Shown here piece by piece: positions 57,614 to 61,230 of a stretch of 61,230 nt of DNA. The notes under the pieces were generated by a model. It was not told the origin of the DNA. It saw nothing but the letters and a program-made list of their open reading frames with translations, and made no database searches. The first letter of the stretch is position 1. Each line of letters begins with the position of its first letter. The position numbers were made by a program, and so were the translations under genes. The stretch spans positions 1 to 61,230 of the forward strand of contig CALCCZ010000079.1 in the NCBI GenBank assembly GCA_937900075.1. The letters are read 5' to 3'. Origin of the DNA: an uncultured Lentisphaeria bacterium (lineage in GTDB: Bacteria; Verrucomicrobiota; Lentisphaeria; Victivallales; UBA1829).

Positions 57614-58603
57614 GTGAAAAAAATTTTTATCCTTGCGGCAGCAGCGATTTTAATATATTCCATACAGGTCCTTCCGGCGCAGGAAAATACTGACAAATAC
57701 AAGGGACAGACCAGCGTAAATTCCGTTCTTGCGACCATTAACGGAATGCCGGTCACTTTGCTTGATGTAATCCTGGATACAGGTTCCCAGGAATGGGAAC
57801 TTGCCCATGTGTATTCGGGACAGCGATTGATGGATGAAATCACGAAACTGCGGGCGAAAGTTCTGGAAGAAATCATTTCCCGGAAATTGGTGTATCGTGA
57901 ATACATGAAACAGCCGTTTGAAATTCCCAATCAGCGGATTGAAATGGTACTGGACCGCTATATGAAAGTCTGGGGGTGTACCACACGTGAAGATCTCGCC
58001 CGAAAAGCGCGGGAAAACGGAACCAGCATTGAATCTTTGCGCGAGAAGGCGCGGGAATACATTGCCGTGGGGGCACTCCTGCAGAAAAACTGTTACGACT
58101 ATGTTGTTGTCACGCCCAAAGAAGTTTATGACGAGTACGTAACGGAAAAGGAACAGTACTCCAAGCCCGCGCGCGTGGATTTTCAGCTTTTGCAGATTGA
58201 CAAAGGCGGAATCACCGATGCCATGGAAACGGCAAATAAAATTGCTCATGCTGCTCAAAAAGCAGATGAAACTGCATTTCTGGCTTTGATGCGTTCCTAT
58301 TCCACCATTCAGAACCCTGAACAACGCGGAATCATCAAGGGGGTACCGACAGCCAAGCTGCGTCAGGAGTTCCGGAAAGCTATAGAGGGACAGCAGGCAA
58401 ACACCGTTGTAGGACCTGTGGAAACCCCGGAAGCCGTATTTTTTCTCCGGCTTACAGCCGTATGGGAAAGTGAAACAATTCCCTTTGAGGATGTATCCGG
58501 TAAAATCGAAGATAAGCTGATGTCCGCAAAAATGGAAGAAGCCCGGCGTGCTTACGAACAAAAACTCCGGGCAAATGCAGTAATCCGGAAAGTAACCGAC
58601 TGA
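57614..58603 (+). CDS. SurA/PpiD-like periplasmic chaperone / parvulin-type peptidyl-prolyl isomerase
   Basis: GTG start with AGGAG RBS. Signal peptide. SurA-N-like helical region and a C-terminal parvulin-like segment. The assignment is moderate. Confidence 0.5.
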   Translation: MKKIFILAAAAILIYSIQVLPAQENTDKYKGQTSVNSVLATINGMPVTLLDVILDTGSQEWELAHVYSGQRLMDEITKLRAKVLEEIISRKLVYREYMKQPFEIPNQRIEMVLDRYMKVWGCTTREDLARKARENGTSIESLREKAREYIAVGALLQKNCYDYVVVTPKEVYDEYVTEKEQYSKPARVDFQLLQIDKGGITDAMETANKIAHAAQKADETAFLALMRSYSTIQNPEQRGIIKGVPTAKLRQEFRKAIEGQQANTVVGPVETPEAVFFLRLTAVWESETIPFEDVSGKIEDKLMSAKMEEARRAYEQKLRANAVIRKVTD

Positions 58604-58609
58604 CGGATT

Positions 58610-59713
58610 ATGGAGTTCCGCAATCTCTACATTCACGTCCCGTTCTGCCGCAAAAAATGCGATTACTGCGCTTTTTATTCCATGGAAAATTCCGGCACGA
58701 ACGAATGGAATTTGTGGCTGGAACAGGTTCTGCGCGAATTGGCTGCAAACCAATCGCGGTTAATGCATGTGAATACCGTGTATTTCGGTGGCGGAACCCC
58801 GACTTTGCCGGATACGGAGTTCCTGCACCGGATGTATACGGAAATTTTCCGCAGAATCGGATTGGAACCGGGTGCTGAGATCACCAGTGAGGCAAATCCG
58901 GAAACCCTGACGGAAGAAAAAGCCGCATTGATGGCGCAATATGTAAACCGGGTAAGCATGGGGGTACAGTCCTTTTCCATCCAAACCCGCCGGGTACTGG
59001 GACGCCATCCTTTCTCCCCGGACAGTATCTATCCTGCGTTTTCGTTTTTGAGGAAGGCAGGCATCGGCAATATCGGCTTGGATCTGATGTATGCTGTACC
59101 TGGTCAAACGGAAGACGACTGGTATCAGGACCTGAAAACAGCCTTGGAACTGGAGCCGGAACATCTCTCCTGTTATGCCCTCACCCCGGAAGAAAATACT
59201 CCGTATGCAAAACTTCATGGTCTGGAACCCCCGGATGATGAATTGTCCTCGGCTATGTGGCATCGGGCAGGCGTTGAAACCATGAAACACGGAATGATGC
59301 GCTATGAGGTTTCCAATTACGCAAAAAACTCTTTCACCGCACGGCATAATTGCGCCGTCTGGGCAGGACAAACTTATCTCGGCATCGGACCGGCTGCCTC
59401 GTCTTTCGACGGAACAGACCGATGGACTCAGGTTAGCGATTTGCGGAAATGGTACAGCGGTACACCTCCTGAGTTTGACAGAATTGAACATAGTGCCCGC
59501 TGTCGCGAAATCCTGATGATGGGCTTGCGGACTGTTCACGGATGGACCTTGACGGAATACCGGGCAGCAACCGGCAACACCTGGCAGGAGGCATTCCCGA
59601 TTCTGCAAAAACTCGCTGCCGACGGACTCCTGATTTTAGAAACGGATCGATGTCGCCCGACCGAACTCGGTCTGGAGTTCTGGAACACGATTGCAGAAGA
59701 GTTGCTGATGTAA
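58610..59713 (+). CDS. hemW: Radical SAM family heme chaperone HemW / coproporphyrinogen-III-oxidase-like
   Basis: LYIHVPFCRKKCDYCAF (CX3CX2C) at the N-terminus, GGGTP, and a HemN_C-like C-terminal domain. Confidence 0.75.
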   Translation: MEFRNLYIHVPFCRKKCDYCAFYSMENSGTNEWNLWLEQVLRELAANQSRLMHVNTVYFGGGTPTLPDTEFLHRMYTEIFRRIGLEPGAEITSEANPETLTEEKAALMAQYVNRVSMGVQSFSIQTRRVLGRHPFSPDSIYPAFSFLRKAGIGNIGLDLMYAVPGQTEDDWYQDLKTALELEPEHLSCYALTPEENTPYAKLHGLEPPDDELSSAMWHRAGVETMKHGMMRYEVSNYAKNSFTARHNCAVWAGQTYLGIGPAASSFDGTDRWTQVSDLRKWYSGTPPEFDRIEHSARCREILMMGLRTVHGWTLTEYRAATGNTWQEAFPILQKLAADGLLILETDRCRPTELGLEFWNTIAEELLM

Positions 59714-59930
59714 CATTTGCATTACGAAATGTTTTCCTGTCTGACGGCAAGAAAAAGCGGAAAATGGTGATTTTTTTTGAAAAAAGGGGAAAAATTGCGG
59801 AAATTTTTGGGGATAACTGCGAAAAAAATATTATTTTTGTGAAAAGCTGCTTGATTTGAGAAAATAGAGGGGATATATTTAATCAAGATTGTCTCATAAT
59901 GAAAATTATATCTCATGGAAGGAAAATAAA

Positions 59931-60302
59931 ATGAAGAAAACCTTGAAAGCTCTCGTTTTGGTCACTACTCTCCTCGGCGGTATCCTGTTGACAACATCCT
60001 GCGGAACACCGTTCCCGCTGGGTTGCCTTTATACCAACGTTTTCATGCCCGGAGCCATTGGTGACGGCAAGATTGAATACAACTGCCGCGGTTATTCCAG
60101 CTGCTGGAGCGTTCTCGGATGGTTCGCGGGCGGCAATGCCTCCCACAACAAGGCTGCTCAGAACGGCAACATGAACAAGATTTCCTGGACCACCCTGCAT
60201 ATTGAAAACTACTGCGGTATTTACGGCCGTTTCACGAACGTAGTATACGGTATCGGCGAAAAAGCCGACCCGACAGTTCGTGCGATTACCGAATATGAAT
60301 AA
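59931..60302 (+). CDS. Small lipoprotein, TRL-like family candidate
   Basis: GGAAGG RBS. Signal peptide with LTTSCG lipobox. A Gly/Cys-containing roughly 100-aa mature domain. Confidence 0.4.
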   Translation: MKKTLKALVLVTTLLGGILLTTSCGTPFPLGCLYTNVFMPGAIGDGKIEYNCRGYSSCWSVLGWFAGGNASHNKAAQNGNMNKISWTTLHIENYCGIYGRFTNVVYGIGEKADPTVRAITEYE

Positions 60303-60334
60303 TATGGTGTTTCACTGATATTCCGATAAATTCC

Positions 60335-60368
60335 GGCGGATTGCTCTTTTGAGCGGTCCGCCTTTTTT
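60335..60368 (+). terminator. Intrinsic terminator after the lipoprotein gene
   Basis: GGCGGA...TCCGCC stem with an inner GCTC/GAGC stem. It is followed by TTTTTTACTTTTTT. Confidence 0.5.
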
Positions 60369-60381
60369 ACTTTTTTCTGCT

Positions 60382-61230
60382 ATGAATGTAATGGAACTGT
60401 TCCGCCAGATGCGGAAAACATTTGAGGAAAATCATTTTGAATCGGCGGATGTGGAAGCTGCATATACTGTGGAATACGCCACAGGAATACGCCGCAATCT
60501 GCTGATGATGCAAGGGAACCGCGTTATCAGTGATCCGGAATACTCCCGGGCTGCCGAATATCTGAAACGGCGTATGGCGAATGAACCGTTTCAGTACATT
60601 TTCGGCTGGACTGAATTTCGCGAACTGACATTGAAAGTCGGTCCGGGCTGTCTGATTCCACGTCCGGAAACGGAACAGTTAGTGGAACATGCGATTCATC
60701 ATCTTCCGCACGGCGGGACCGTTTTGGAATTAGGAACGGGAAGCGGGGCAATCGCCCTTTCCATCGGTTTCGAGCGCAGGGATGCACGGGTTCTGGCATC
60801 GGAAATTTCTCCGGAAGCGCTGAAATATGCCGAATGGGGCGTCGACTATCTCAAGTACGACTGGTGCTCCAACGGAGGTCAGAACGCAGAGGCAGCCTAC
60901 AGGACCATGTCCGAAGCCATCAAGACTGCCGGAAGGCCCATGATCCTCAGCATTTGCGAATGGGGCGAGAACAAGCCTTGGGAATGGGGCAAAGGCATAG
61001 GCCACCTCTGGAGGGTGACTCCGGACATCCGTGCCGTCTACAATGCGAAGTTCGACTGGGGAGGCGTCGGAGTGCTCGGGTGCATCGATGCCATGAAGGA
61101 CCTTGTGGAATACGCAGGTCCTGGACATTGGAACGATGCGGAGATGCTCGAAGTCGGGAACGGTCAGATGAGCCTTGATGAGAACATCACACATTTCTCC
61201 ATGTGGTGCATGCTCGCCGCACCTCTCATG
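60382..61230 (+). CDS. Partial, chimeric ORF: PrmC/HemK-like release-factor glutamine methyltransferase N-terminal 150 aa, joined in frame at about 60832 to a GH27 alpha-galactosidase / alpha-N-acetylgalactosaminidase fragment that runs off the window end
   Basis: Up to 60831 the sequence reads FQYIFGW...VLELGTGSGAIALSIGFE (PrmC motif I) at about 50% GC. From 60832 it reads AEWGVDYLKYDWC...ICEWGENKPWEWG...GHWNDAEMLEVGNGQ...WCMLAAPLM (GH27 catalytic-region motifs) at visibly higher GC with AAG/GAC/CTC codons. There is no stop before 61230. Confidence 0.5.
   Translation, partial: MNVMELFRQMRKTFEENHFESADVEAAYTVEYATGIRRNLLMMQGNRVISDPEYSRAAEYLKRRMANEPFQYIFGWTEFRELTLKVGPGCLIPRPETEQLVEHAIHHLPHGGTVLELGTGSGAIALSIGFERRDARVLASEISPEALKYAEWGVDYLKYDWCSNGGQNAEAAYRTMSEAIKTAGRPMILSICEWGENKPWEWGKGIGHLWRVTPDIRAVYNAKFDWGGVGVLGCIDAMKDLVEYAGPGHWNDAEMLEVGNGQMSLDENITHFSMWCMLAAPLM

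Noticed and set aside
60730-61194. Minus-strand 154-aa ORF and alternative plus-frame 114-aa ORF in the last 500 bp
   Set aside because: Both lie in the high-GC GH27 fragment, where long spurious ORFs in all frames are expected. The frame continuing from 60382 contains the GH27 catalytic motifs.

Overview
This is a roughly 61 kb chromosomal window of about 50% GC. Most genes have AGGAG-type ribosome-binding sites and coding density is high on both strands. There are no rRNA genes, no CRISPR arrays and no obvious transposons or phage genes. The gene content (lpxA, a SurA-like protein, flotillin and a DjlA-like co-chaperone) indicates a Gram-negative bacterium. The only recombinase is a housekeeping Xer-type protein. 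Two tRNA genes are present: tRNA-Ser(GCU) at 110-201 and tRNA-Arg(UCU) at 34965-35042, both on the minus strand.

Recognisable genes include:
- Membrane and stress: flotillin and an NfeD-like protein in a cluster with an iron-sulfur flavoprotein and a U32-like Fe-S protein; dut, a NUDIX hydrolase, a ClpC-like chaperone and ptsN.
- Cell wall recycling and synthesis: a NamZ-like muramidase, an esterase and a GNAT-like protein; murI; two LysM proteins; two tandem family-2 glycosyltransferases.
- Lipid metabolism: lpxA, plsX and acpS.
- RNA and translation: rpmF, tsaD and a TRAM-domain RNA methyltransferase.
- Transporters and others: an NhaC antiporter, a P-type Ca2+-ATPase, hemW and a KamA-type radical SAM protein.

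The less ordinary items are:
- a 798-aa fusion of a glycerophosphodiester phosphodiesterase with a zinc-type dehydrogenase;
- an AccA carboxyltransferase fused to a C-terminal GNAT acetyltransferase;
- a 1455-aa eukaryote-type glycogen debranching enzyme followed 7 bp later by a solitary DNA methyltransferase with an unknown C-terminal extension;
- a possible U32-like Fe-S protein and iron-sulfur flavoprotein pair sitting in the flotillin operon;
- a 59-aa lysine-rich protein gene with a long AT-rich leader carrying repeated motifs;
- recurring T8-G-A8 tracts in promoter regions;
- at the 3' edge, an in-frame junction where a truncated prmC-like gene runs into a GH27 alpha-galactosidase fragment of clearly higher GC and different codon usage, which is a probable assembly chimera or foreign insertion.

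I did not find a clearly delimited new defence or mobile system.
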